Assembly (NCBI GenBank): GCA_051530055.1
Contig: CM121342.1
Coordinates: 10,369,480 to 10,433,479, forward strand
Source of the DNA: Neoechinorhynchus agilis
Lineage: Eukaryota > Animalia > Acanthocephala
Reading direction: 5' to 3'
DNA: 64,000 nucleotides
A model generated the notes under the pieces. It was not told where the DNA came from and ran no database searches. It saw nothing but the letters and a program-made list of their open reading frames with translations. Both the position numbers and the translations under genes were made by a program. This document shows positions 1 through 12,020 of this stretch, one piece after another (within the stretch, counting starts at the first letter, position 1; every line of letters begins with the position of its first letter).

Positions 1-1
1 C

Positions 2-199
2 AAAGATTTCGATTATGACCAAATTGTCATCTCAGTTCGTTCAGGACGAAAGTACCACCTAAGCGATCCAGAAGTTCAAGAATATGCAAGCAAGATAAAG
101 TTGGCGAGTTCCTTTATTAATGTAGAGGAACCGCTATACTTTTATAACGTCGGGCGATCAGTGAATGAGCGCCGGCATTTTTATCGTTTAAGGATCTAG
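2..199 (+). CDS. 3' end of an unidentified gene running in from the window edge
   Basis: Stop-free frame from base 2 to TAG at 197-199 (KDFDYDQIVISVRSGRKYHLSDPEVQEY...FYRLRI*). It has no ATG, so it is absent from the ORF track. No family recognised. Confidence 0.35.
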   Translation, partial: KDFDYDQIVISVRSGRKYHLSDPEVQEYASKIKLASSFINVEEPLYFYNVGRSVNERRHFYRLRI

Positions 200-426
200 A
201 TGAGAAGTTGAAGTACGTTGAAATCGGAAATTGAAATGAAAACAAAGTCAAATGAATTATGAGATGGAGTACAAATGAAATTTGGATTTGTACATGAAAC
301 TGGTCCTTCGTTCAGAATATTGGATTTAGTCGGCATGAGAATAAAACACCCTAATTTGTGTATTAAGCATTCCACCTTGCGAATTTCGTAAAATTGTTGT
401 AACTCTGAATCAACCCTGATTTACAG

Positions 427-2008
427 ATGACATTTTGCCGCTCGTTTTCAGTGATTTATTCGAGCGCGAATGAGAACACCATCGATGTTATAACGGATGA
501 AGGACTTCCAACAGAATTGCAGAAAAGTCTAAGCCTTCACACTGGTTCGTTCGCAGTCTTTGCAACATCATTGTCGCTATATCCTGAATTCGAGCGACAT
601 ACGTATTTCGAACATGATTTGATTGAGCATATGAAAACAATTTTAAATTTGAGAGTACCCATAGCGCTTGTTGCGTCTGAGGGCAATACGCTTTTCTTCT
701 TACGTGATTGGCTCGGTCTTAGAAGTCTTGTAATGGAATCAATAAACAAAGAGGGCGAGATTGTCGTTCATTTAAGTAGTACAGATCGATTTGGCAATGG
801 GGATGAAGTTGAATATGGAAAAGTGTGGTCTTTCGACCTAAAAACTAGACAGACAAAATGCCTATATGCGGATAAGTACGTCGTATCTTCAATCGAGAAG
901 TTAACGGATCAATGTTTAATTCCACGATTTGTACAAATACTTCGACGAACTGTGAAAGCTCGGTTAAAGCAGAAAACCTTACCTATTTTATTCTCTGGAG
1001 GTGTCGATTCGTTATTATTAGTCAAAATCTGCCTCCAAGAACTCGAGTCGGTAAAAAGAATTTGTCTCATTAACGTAAGTTTCGACGGTGAACACGCACC
1101 TGATAGGATATCCGCCAAAGAAATTCTCGGAACTTTGATGGATAAGCGCATTTGTAAGCACTATATTTGACGTAGGGTTTCTTTTTAGAGCGTCAAATCT
1201 TTAGTCATTACTCATTGGATTGAAGGCTCAATCGAAGATCAAAATGAACTTATCCCAATCGCTCAGTCATGTAAGCCGAACAATAGTGTACTTGATTGGA
1301 GTTTGGCGCGTGTTCTTTGGGTCGCGTTATGGAAATATTCACAATCAAAATGTTGGTCTTCAAACGCAGTCGTTGTAAGTGGACTCGGAGCCGATGAAAT
1401 TTTCGCTGGATATGCGAGGCATTCGCGAGAAACTACAGCCAGCTTACGAAAATGCTTAATGAGCGATCTTGGGAAAGTTGGGAAACGAAATGGAGGCCGC
1501 GATGATCGTGTTGCGCTTTTATCAACTAAAGGAGGCGAATTGTTTTGTCCGTTTTTAGAGAAGGAAGTTGTTGATTTTGCCATGAACGAAGTCAAAGATG
1601 ATTTTAAATTGAAAACGGAAAACGGCAAAGTTGTTAATAAGTTCATTTTGAGGCAAACTTTAAAGGAATGAAGTTCTCAATTCGAATCAGTTTTAATATT
1701 ATGGGAGAAAAGAGATTACTTAAACATCTATTATATTGTTGATTTTTGGTTGATCTTCTCTAAAATTTGTACATATAATCCTGCGCAGAATTTTTTCTAT
1801 AAAATCAAAACCTAAAAGTAAATTTGAGAAAACCATTCCAATAATTAAGCTCGGATGTCCTGAGGATATTGCGATGCGTCCTAAACGAGCAATGCAATTT
1901 GGTTCTAATATAGTTAAAGATGACAAGACGAGATTCGGTTACAAGTGTAAAAAAGGAGCATGCGAGCTGAATAGTGAAGAAATGATAAAAATTTTGAACA
2001 GAATTTAA
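427..2008 (+). CDS. ASNSD1: Asparagine synthetase domain-containing protein 1 (3 exons: ~427-1153, 1205-1665, 1850-2008)
   Basis: Motifs FLRDWLGLRSL, ILFSGGVDS, APDRI, SGLGADEIFAGYARH, RNGGRDDR, PFLEKEVV, NKFILR and LGC..PKRAMQFGS match ASNSD1/YML096W. Intron 1 is GT-AG (1154-1204). Intron 2 appears non-canonical (see findings). Confidence 0.9.
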
Positions 2009-2324
2009 AGCCTAAAAGAGTTCGTATTCTAAAGATTATTAGTCGATACCGTTTAGAAAAACATAGGTGTAAATAAATTTCAATTGTGCTCAACTTTAAA
2101 AAGACAGTTAGACTCCTTAACATGATTATTTTTGAGGTGAATGCGAAAAAAAAACGGTAACGCCATGTTAGAAAAACGCATATAATTTAACCGTTTTAAC
2201 TAGGCGACTCGTGCGTAAAGGAAAGATCATTTTTGATTAGTCACGACGAGACATATGCGACATTGTTAAGTATAAAATACCTAAGAAACGGTTAAAAACT
2301 CTAAAGTCGTCAGCATTCGTAACT

Positions 2325-3688
2325 ATGCCCGCAAAATTTAAAAAGAGGTTGGTTTTTGATCATTTTCTACAACTATCAAGTACCATTTAGAAGCTGTTCC
2401 GCAAATACAATCGCTTCATTAGTCCTCATCATTCTAGGAATAGCTTTAGTAATTTTAGGTATATTTTATTTATAGACGGCCGAAAATATAGTCGCCTTTA
2501 GTCCTCGCACTGTTGTTGACGGATCATCCGACAAAACCAGAATTCAGTTGGTCTTACAATAATATCGACGAATGGAAAGACCATTTTAAGAACTGCGGCG
2601 GAAAAAGGCAATCTCCGATTAATATTAAACAAGTGCATCCGAACGATGATAATACGACAATACGATTTCACGGGCAATCTGCTCAAAGTGAGTTGACGCT
2701 GTGAAATATTTAACCGAAAAATGGAATGCAGATTTGCTGGCAAGATTGAGATTCTTTAGAAGAGTTTTAGCGCTACATGAGGACAATACGAACTAATAGA
2801 TTGACACTATAAATCGCTTACTTAAATCTATATCAACGCTACCATTTATCGACCGAAAAAAATTATTTTTTCTTCTATATTTAAGCCACCGTTATCGTCG
2901 AACTTGAGGAATTTACGGTTATATCGATTATTCAAGATGAAGCAAAAGCCCCAAGAGTTGATCTTCTGAATCGAAACGGATTCAACAATAGATACCAATT
3001 TGATCAGTTCCACTTCCATTGGTCCGACAACAACAAAAACGGCTCCGAGCATCAAATAAACGATACGAGTTACCCACTAGAGGTTAGTCTTTATATTTAT
3101 TATGTTCGATTATTGCAAAGAACACAAGATGCACGCTGTATTCTTCAATACGAAATATAGTGGCGACAAACCTTTGATCGAATTAGACGGTCTTTTAATT
3201 TTTTCAAAATTATTTCAAGTTCGTAATGAAACATAGTGTACATTCAATCTAACAAAATAATATCCAGATTAGCAATAAAGTTTCGAATGAACTTGCATCA
3301 TTCGTTGAATTACTGAATGACATAAACGAAGACCATGAAGTGGAGCATACACTCAACATTCTAAATTTGTTAGACATTCAAGACAAATTGTACATGTACG
3401 ACGGATCACTAACTACACCGGGATGTCATGAAACCGCCACATGGATGGTTATCAAAAACATAGGACATATTCGACCAAAAGACGTAATTTTTTGATAAAA
3501 AAACCCCCGAAAACCCACGAATTGGTTTAGATGGAAGAGTTTAGAAAACTAAAAGAAAAAAATCCACAGGTAAGAACAAATTAAGTATTGCGCTCACAAG
3601 CTACCATGTCCAACATCAGATGTTTCCAAATCATCGACAACCTCAAGCGCTCAATGAACGGATCGTAAAACTTGCTCACATCTCATAA
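2325..3688 (+). CDS. Alpha-carbonic anhydrase with an N-terminal hydrophobic anchor, multi-exon
   Basis: Hand-spliced GT-AG exons give MPAKFKKRSCSANTIASLVLIILGIALVILVLALLL, then WSY..CGGKRQSPINI, QFHFHW, GSEHQ, YPLEMHAV, YDGSLTTPGCHE and NHRQPQALNER. These include the zinc-ligand histidines and the Thr199 loop of alpha-CAs. Confidence 0.9.
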
Positions 3689-4632
3689 GTCAAGCTTATT
3701 AAATATAATTTTTTCAGATAATTTTGAAAATTCGAATGCCCCAGTGCATGGACATAGATAAGTCAATTTTGGGCCCATTGTAAGATAAAAGTACAGATTC
3801 TTTTATAAACTCTATAACTATAATTTGTCCCTGTCATTAAAAGAGAATATAAGGAAATAAGGTGCAAGTTTATTATCATAGCATTTTGCTGAAGTCTTTG
3901 AATGAAACAGATAACCGTAAATCAAAGAGTTTGTACATTTGGGTTTAAAAGAAAAGGTTCAATCGACCGTAGGATGCGATCCGACCGCTTTACGTAGGAT
4001 AGATTTCAGGAATTATAAAATGACGGCACAGTTAGTTTACTTATTTTGAATATTGTAACGTTCATCTACATTCACGGACAAGTATTATAAAGGTAAATTT
4101 TAAAACGTTATATCAGCCATTTGAGAATCTTTAAGCGGTTAAATAAACGAAAGTTGCGATTTAGGTTGGGATCGTAAACGTAAAATACGTTAAAGATGCA
4201 AATTATAAAAAGCTAGACGTAAGCGCTTGAGATTGGACCGGAAAAGTAATTCTCTTGCACTTCATGTGCTTTAGTGTTCTGCGATTTCTGGAGAAAGGAC
4301 CTATAAAATACTTGATATAATTCTTTTTATTTTTAGTGAAAATACACAATCAATCCTGGCACTAAAAAAGTAATGCTTTTTAGCGTCGTCTTTATCTAAA
4401 TTTGAACGTTGCTGATGGGCAAAATACGTGAGTCTTGAGAACTCAGAAAGTGTTTTTAAGACCTTGTGTGGATAACTTGATAATTTCAAACTAAACTAAT
4501 TATTTGTTATTAAAAATCGATTCGTTTTAACGCTTCTCATTCGAATTCTGGATTTGGTTTGCTTGCGATTGATACAAGTGTTCAGCTTTACGAAAAAGCT
4601 TCTTTATTTGATTTTCAACATATTTATACAAA

Positions 4633-5530
4633 TTACTTTCTCATCAACTTCAATATCACTCTTTTCAATTCTATCATGAGAGCAAGATCGAAAAGTAAAA
4701 AAAGAATACATGTAACACGAACAAACCATTAGATTCACTTTCCCAGACCACTTGAACGTTCCAATTTACGGCAGCTTCTTTAAAAGCAGGAACTGATCCA
4801 CCTACTCCAAAATAGTGATACTTGGAAGCCAACAGAATCACGCCTTGTGATTTGAGAAGAGAATCGAAAAAAGCAAGAAGGTGCGCGTATGATTTTGTTT
4901 CATAAATGGTTTCAGCACTCAATATTAAATCATATTTTCTTAATCAAGTAGAAAGTGTTATAAATCTAATTGTTTAATTTTACCTGTTTATTTCGTTACT
5001 GAATTCAGGAGACCACTTCCCATAAAAGAACCTGGACTTGTTTTCGCCAACATTCTCACGAACGCTGTAAATTGTCGCCGAGGTAAGGACGTCCTTGTTC
5101 TTTTACAAAACCAATGTTAATTTTTAGAACTAATCAGACGTACAAAATCTTGAAAATCGCATAGCCAATCATTGTGTAAAGTAAGCAGTGTAATTCCCGG
5201 CAACCCAAGTCCGCATCCGACCTTCGAAAGATAACATGAACGAAAACAAATTCCTTAGTTGCAACCTCGATTGCGTCTCCTTTTGTACAAAAGTCGATAT
5301 TTGAAATATAAGTGGCTAGATCAACACTGCATTCCCAGACACTAAATCCACCTTTTAAATAAATACGAAAAGATAATTAAAGTAAATTTGCACAATAACA
5401 GACATTTACCTTCATATACATTTTTAATTAGATCGCTCTCATGAGATTGTGTTCTTGCTTCAGACGGTCCTTTTAATTTGCGATAAAGGCGAATGCTTCG
5501 ATCGGTCTTATTAATGAATTTACCGAAGTT
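4633..5530 (-). CDS. METTL18: Histidine protein methyltransferase 1 homolog (METTL18/Hpm1), multi-exon; start codon not located
   Basis: Spliced exons read NVYEGGFSVWECSVDL, EVGCGLGLPGI, DFQDFN, YDLILSAETIYE, ASKYHYFGVGGSV and LKRVILKL*. All introns are GT-AG. Confidence 0.85.
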
Positions 5531-5844
5531 TTAATTTTATTATATATTCTCTCTACTATATAAAAAGATTTAATTTCATTCAAAATATTTTTCAAACAGT
5601 TCCTTTTAATTCAATTTAGTTTAACTAAACATTCAATGCAGAACTTAGCAATGAGAAGCACGCAAAGATTTTTAGAATACTTCAAATCCCTTATTGTTTA
5701 AATAATAAAGCAATCAATTTTATCGAACTGTGATAACTGCATTATGAATGTCAAAAATGTGTTAATGTTCTTAATGGATGATATGAAGGATTTTCAGGTA
5801 AATTTCTACCAGGATTGGTCGATTATAATAATAGCTCAATGTTT

Positions 5845-6045
5845 TCAGTGTTGAAGATGTAGTGATCACAATCCCGGATAAAATATAATTTATTGAAATA
5901 TTTCGAAAGAGAAAGCCTTGCCTTATCAGTCATCTAAAAAGGTTTTATATAGTATGACTCGGATACGGGGCGAAGGTTCCTCTCCAAATTTTCAATAAAA
6001 TATGTTGTATCCGGGGGATTATGATCACCGCATCTCCATCTTTTT
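5845..6045. repeat. Diverged ~200 bp fold-back (imperfect inverted repeat centred near 5940)
   Basis: The + arm agatgtagtgatcacaatcccggataaaatataatttattgaaatattt aligns with the - arm agatgcggtgatcataatcccccggatacaacatattttattgaaaattt. Similarity continues almost to the centre. Confidence 0.7.
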
Positions 6046-7689
6046 TCCTGAATTTTTGTCAGGCCAAATGAAGCAAAATCATTAGTGAGATGACTCGAGT
6101 TCACTAAATTAACATCAATCTTTTCCAATTCCTAAAATGTAAAGAAAGTGTTAGACAACAAACAAAGAGTTATACATTTCTCATCATTAATTCTTGGATT
6201 TGGAAAGATAGATATTTTAGCTTCATTTTGATTGACGATTTATTTTTTGAAATGGATATTCACTAGGTTTTTTTAAAACAACAAAATTTCCATTATAACT
6301 TGAAAAAAATCCGCGTTCAAAATTTGTCGAATAGATCGCTGTACTTTACAAACTTTTGCATAACTCTGGTTAGTGCAGCAATCGCACAACTTTAGATGTG
6401 ACCTTTTCTGTTCGTAGTTTTAGTTGGTCTAAATATACTCAAGCGGGCAGCCTACTACGGAGTTGACGAACCCGTATAACCGAGTCAAACGAACATTTAA
6501 GTTGTCTTGGATCATAATCTTAGGGGGAAAAGACTTTCTTTTGGTAATTATACTACCCCTCCGGATTCAAAAATTCACTAATTTATTTCCCCGATATTTA
6601 ACGTCTGAAAATTCCGACATTTTCCTAAGGATTGTCACTTTTTTACAAGTAAATTATTAGAGTTTCGTTTCATTACTTCCACATAATGACAAACCCACGG
6701 GAAAATGTCGCATTTATCGGAGAAATCAATCAATGAATTTTTGAATCCGGCATTGTGGTAAAACTAAAAAAGAAAGGAACAATTATGTCATGAATTATTT
6801 AGTGACAGATAAAGCGACATAATAAGATTGAATTTGATTTGCCTCATTAAAAATAGGGAATGCTTAAGAAGGAGCGCGTATTAATACTGGATTGGACTAA
6901 AGACTATTTGTAATAAATTGAGACAAATACGTTATCACTTTACCAGTAGAACTACGAAGAAACCTCAACGAAAAACACCTTATCACCGAGGGCCATCCCA
7001 GAAAAAGGACAAAACCAACGGATACAATTTCATTCTAGTGTCTATTCGATCGCAACAAAAACACTTTTGGCTGTTGTCGGCGGGAACTTACATTATGTTG
7101 ACTGTCACGCCAAGACACCTGCCCGAATTCATGAGAACAATCCGGGTCACGTCTAAAGTCGTGAGGAGTATAAATGTTTTATTTGTGATGATGGCAAAGT
7201 TACTTGTCTCTGCTGTCACTTTCGGCCGTCTCCTGTTGATGCGAGGAAGCTTTAAGGAAATTAAATACGTGTCCAGGCATTCCAGAGCGAGAGACAATAC
7301 TCTTGTCTCACTTCACACACACAAACCAATGGCGTATACTCAGCAAATTGCGTAATGTCTGAAAGAGAAGACAAAACGGGTAAGCATCCACGAGAAGACA
7401 GCTATCGTCCGTAACGCGCATTGGAGGACAGCGGTCTTCTTCGTACTACGGTGAGTAGAATTTTGTCTTTAAAATGTCTGTGGTATTCAAATTTGTTTTG
7501 TTGACGTGAGTATTGAATTGTTCATAAGAATTTATTAGATCCAATGTTTCGGCAAAAACAATCTTCTGTCAAGGTTGTAAATCTTGACAGATGTACTCCT
7601 CAAATTGAGGAATTTCGAAAATAGAGTTCGAAAAACATCCATGCCGCCGTTTTCGAGTAATTTTAGTTCTTTAAAAAGGTTCCATACTT

Positions 7690-8745
7690 TTGTGTTTAAT
7701 TCAGAACGAAATATTTACCAAGTGTTCCGTTAAAAAAAGGACCTGTCTAGAATATGTAAATTTGCAAAAAAAGTTGCTCATTTATATGTATTTTTGATGA
7801 TGATAAGAGTAGATATAGATTAATTCTGAATATTTGGTCCGCTTCATTGGACTTCTTTAGTTTTTAATACATATAAACAAAATTGTATACTTTATCAAAA
7901 ATTGCAAAGATAACACGAGATTCTGAAAAGCATAGTGATTAAACTGTGTTTTTTTGTTGAATCTGATAAAGATTTGACTAAGATAAGATTGATGAAGAAT
8001 GTTAGATTTTAGTCAGAACTTTTAAAGTAATCAAAAACTTCGTGAAAATTCGGATTAGAAAAATCCATGGGACATAGCACAAACATAAACAGGCTTTTTC
8101 AACCTTATTTCGATCAGTGCAAAATCGAATTAAATAAAATTCACCCCTTTTTTATACTGACAAAAATGTGATTAAAAAGATTTCTCAGAGTTTTTACCAT
8201 AAGAAATTGTTGTTGGCGATTACTGCAAAAGTTTTTCTTTTTAAAATCTAAGCAAGCGCTAACGTGCTTAATGCTGAATCGATCTTAAGCTTACCATTTT
8301 TATTCTTGTACAGTTAACTTTTATGTAAAGAAATATCTGATTGATTCTTTTTACATTTTTACGGGATCCCCTTGTTCCTTTTCGATTTTAAAAAAGCGAA
8401 ATGCGTTCAATCTCCTATATAAACAATTTTTACCTGGTCCGTTTCGTTGGACTTCTTTAGGGTGTTTTTTGCTGTAGGTACTCCAGGGATCACGGTGAAC
8501 TTTTAAGAATTAATAAATCAATCTCCATTTTATCTCATCAGCAAAAAATAAAGGTTTCAAACGTTGGTGTTTAATTCGGAACGAAATATTTGCTCAATGT
8601 AGATCCAAAAAAAAGGAGCTGTCTAGAATATGTAAATTTACAAAAAAAAGTTGTTAATTTATGTATTTTTTGATGATGATAAGAGTAGATATAGATTAAT
8701 TCTGAATATTTGGTCCGTTTCGTTGGACTTGTTTAGTTTTTTAAA
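7690..8745. repeat. Pair of ~175 bp direct repeats (7690-7865 and 8565-8745), related to the dispersed hairpin family
   Basis: Both copies share gtctagaatatgtaaattt...gatgatgataagagtagatatagattaattctgaatatttggtccg...ttggactt. The 3' part matches the arm of the hairpin at 39420-39563. Confidence 0.85.
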
Positions 8746-9364
8746 GTGATTTAATCAATATCTTTTTTTCTTATTACCAAAGAACAAATGTGTAAATTAA
8801 AAAAAACACTCAACTTATAAAGCAAAGTGCAATATCTACTCCTTTTTTGAAAAGGAAGAGGAGGCTCGAGTACACTTCAAAAAGCGCAATTTAATCGTGT
8901 CATCAGCCTGCTTGTACTCACAATGTCTCCAAAACGGGAAATGATATTCTGAGACGGTATAGAGAACGTCTTTTATGACTTCATATTAAAACGAAGCCAG
9001 TCCTCCGAACTGCGTTCTTTATAAGACGAAAAAGAAGTGACTTCGAACCAACATCGCTCGTTGCTTCCTACGAGATTAATCGACAAGGTGAGAAATGGAT
9101 TGCAAGGATGACGTAATTTGAAGCGTATCGCTGTGACCATTCATATCTATGTGGTTCTTTCGAGTTTAAACGGCGCGTAAAACACGTACCTTGCTCCACG
9201 AATGGCCAGTTCGCTTCAAAATCCACCTTCCAACACGCCAACCACCACCATTTGTAGCCAATGATATTGTGGAGGGTTTCTTCAATATTCAATGAGATTA
9301 AGCTAATGCTTTGTTTTATAGAATTTTTTTGAGCCAATGATCTATGTTCTACAAATATTCGGTG

Positions 9365-9501
9365 TGACGTCAACTAATCGAGTTTGATCTTCAAAAACTT
9401 TTTTCAGTTCTACTGAACAATTCGCCTCTTTTTATGACGTAGATTGTTTTTAAATAAAAGGTCTACAAGCGAGAATGCGCTTTCCAACTTGGGTGACGTC
9501 A
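9365..9501. promoter_or_regulatory. Two TGACGTCA (CRE/ATF-type) palindromes upstream of actin
   Basis: Exact TGACGTCA at 9365-9372 and 9494-9501, about 260 and 130 bp before the actin ATG. Function is inferred. Confidence 0.5.
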
Positions 9502-9611
9502 CACAACGTCCTGCGCCTAACATCGATGTACTTTCTTCCGTGTGCGTTTGCACACACACACGCTCGCGTCGAAGATTAACAACAGCTACACGCTGGTGGT
9601 GACCATAATAA

Positions 9612-10757
<1,146 letters not shown>

Positions 10758-10819
10758 AAAATGGCGCTCATATTGATGATGATGATGATGAGGACGATGA
10801 TAGGTCGAGTGGCCTAACG

Positions 10820-11170
10820 CGAATAAAACGAAATGCATTCGTTGATCGGTGATGATTTTGCGGGAAATCTCAGAAACGACATGGAGGAGAAAACCCATTC
10901 GTTCAGTGTTTTGCCTTTATCTCTGTGGCAACACAGAATTATGTTTATTCGTTCTAGGAAATGCATAATGTTCACGAGATGTACGACTGGAGCATCCCAG
11001 TATGCGATAATTTTCGCAATAGCGACTATTTTTCCGGGTGCTAACATAAGGCATTATTTAATAGATTGCAAAAATTATCGGATCTGATATGTTCGACGTT
11101 CAAAAGAGATAAACGTTGATCGTACCTAATCGAATTAAGAGAAATTAATAATTAATCACTTTATTAAATA
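10820..11170. repeat. Composite dispersed repeat
   Basis: 10820-10980 recurs at ~14772-14915. 11040-11085 recurs at ~20572-20620. 11092-11160 recurs at ~20848-20917. Confidence 0.75.
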
Positions 11171-11399
11171 GTTAAATACCGAAAAATCGATACTGTAAAT
11201 TATTAATAATTAACTTAGTTTAGTTTTATTGAGTCCATATTCGATAAACGGTTTGCTTTGGTCACTTCCTCGTACGATATTGGAGAGAATATCAAAAGTG
11301 CAAGAAATAATTGCACCCAGTAACACTTTGGTACTTCGCATTGATCCGCAAACACTTCGGATTCACATAAAATATCTGCAAAAATATGCTTAGCTTACA

Positions 11400-12000
11400 G
11401 GTTACCACAGGCTGAAATACGTTTGATTTCTCAAGCTCTGAGAGAAATTATCTATACCAAATCGGCGATAAGAAGCGACTTCCACAAAGCCAAGAACATC
11501 GCAAATAGACATGAGAAAAGAATCCTGACATGTACTGAGAATGACAAACCCAAATATATATGGATAAAATTTGTGGACAATGATATTCAATCGCACCTCA
11601 AAGGGGATTTTCGTAACCTGGACAAGATGATCAATGTGTATAATACAAAGGGTTGCAGGTATCCCTGAAAACAAGTCGAAATATGAGCTGCATGAAGTTG
11701 TATATGAGGTCCACTGCAAAGACTGCCCAGTCAAATATGTGGTACGGGCCAAACAGGGACTTAGAAAAAGGATCTCACAGCGCAGATATGCATGTGGGCG
11801 TTATGATGCTTCCTCAGCAATAGCCAATCACAGGGTGAATTGTGGACATGAAATTGATTTTGATGGCGCTAATGTGTAATTAGCGTATAACCATATATAC
11901 GGAATCGGTTGATAATGGAAGCCATCGAAATAGAATGCTCAGTCCAACCGATGGAAGGTAAAATAGTAACAAGGGTTTGACAAACATTTTACCCGATGAT
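11400..12000 (+). mobile_element. Penelope-like element, degenerate 3' fragment (GIY-YIG endonuclease)
   Basis: VVYEVHCKDCPVKYV...SAIANHRVNCGHEIDF followed by RLIMEAIEIE is the typical Penelope GIY-YIG C-terminus. The frame is disrupted. Confidence 0.75.
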
Positions 12001-12020
12001 AACGCTATGATGTTCGTGTT

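Noticed and set aside
1150-1210. Stop-codon readthrough or TGA recoding in ASNSD1 and other genes
   Set aside because: A canonical GT-AG intron (1154-1204) removes the stops, and TGA is used as a normal stop in MECR and SRP54.
6918-7355. 145-aa ORF and a nearby CFICDDG..CLCC string suggesting a PHD finger gene
   Set aside because: The Cys-rich string is in another frame closed by stops, and I could not build a consistent exon model or recognise a family.
9068-9373. Trp-rich minus-strand ORF upstream of actin
   Set aside because: No recognisable family and it overlaps the likely actin regulatory region. A possible donor exists but no supported model.
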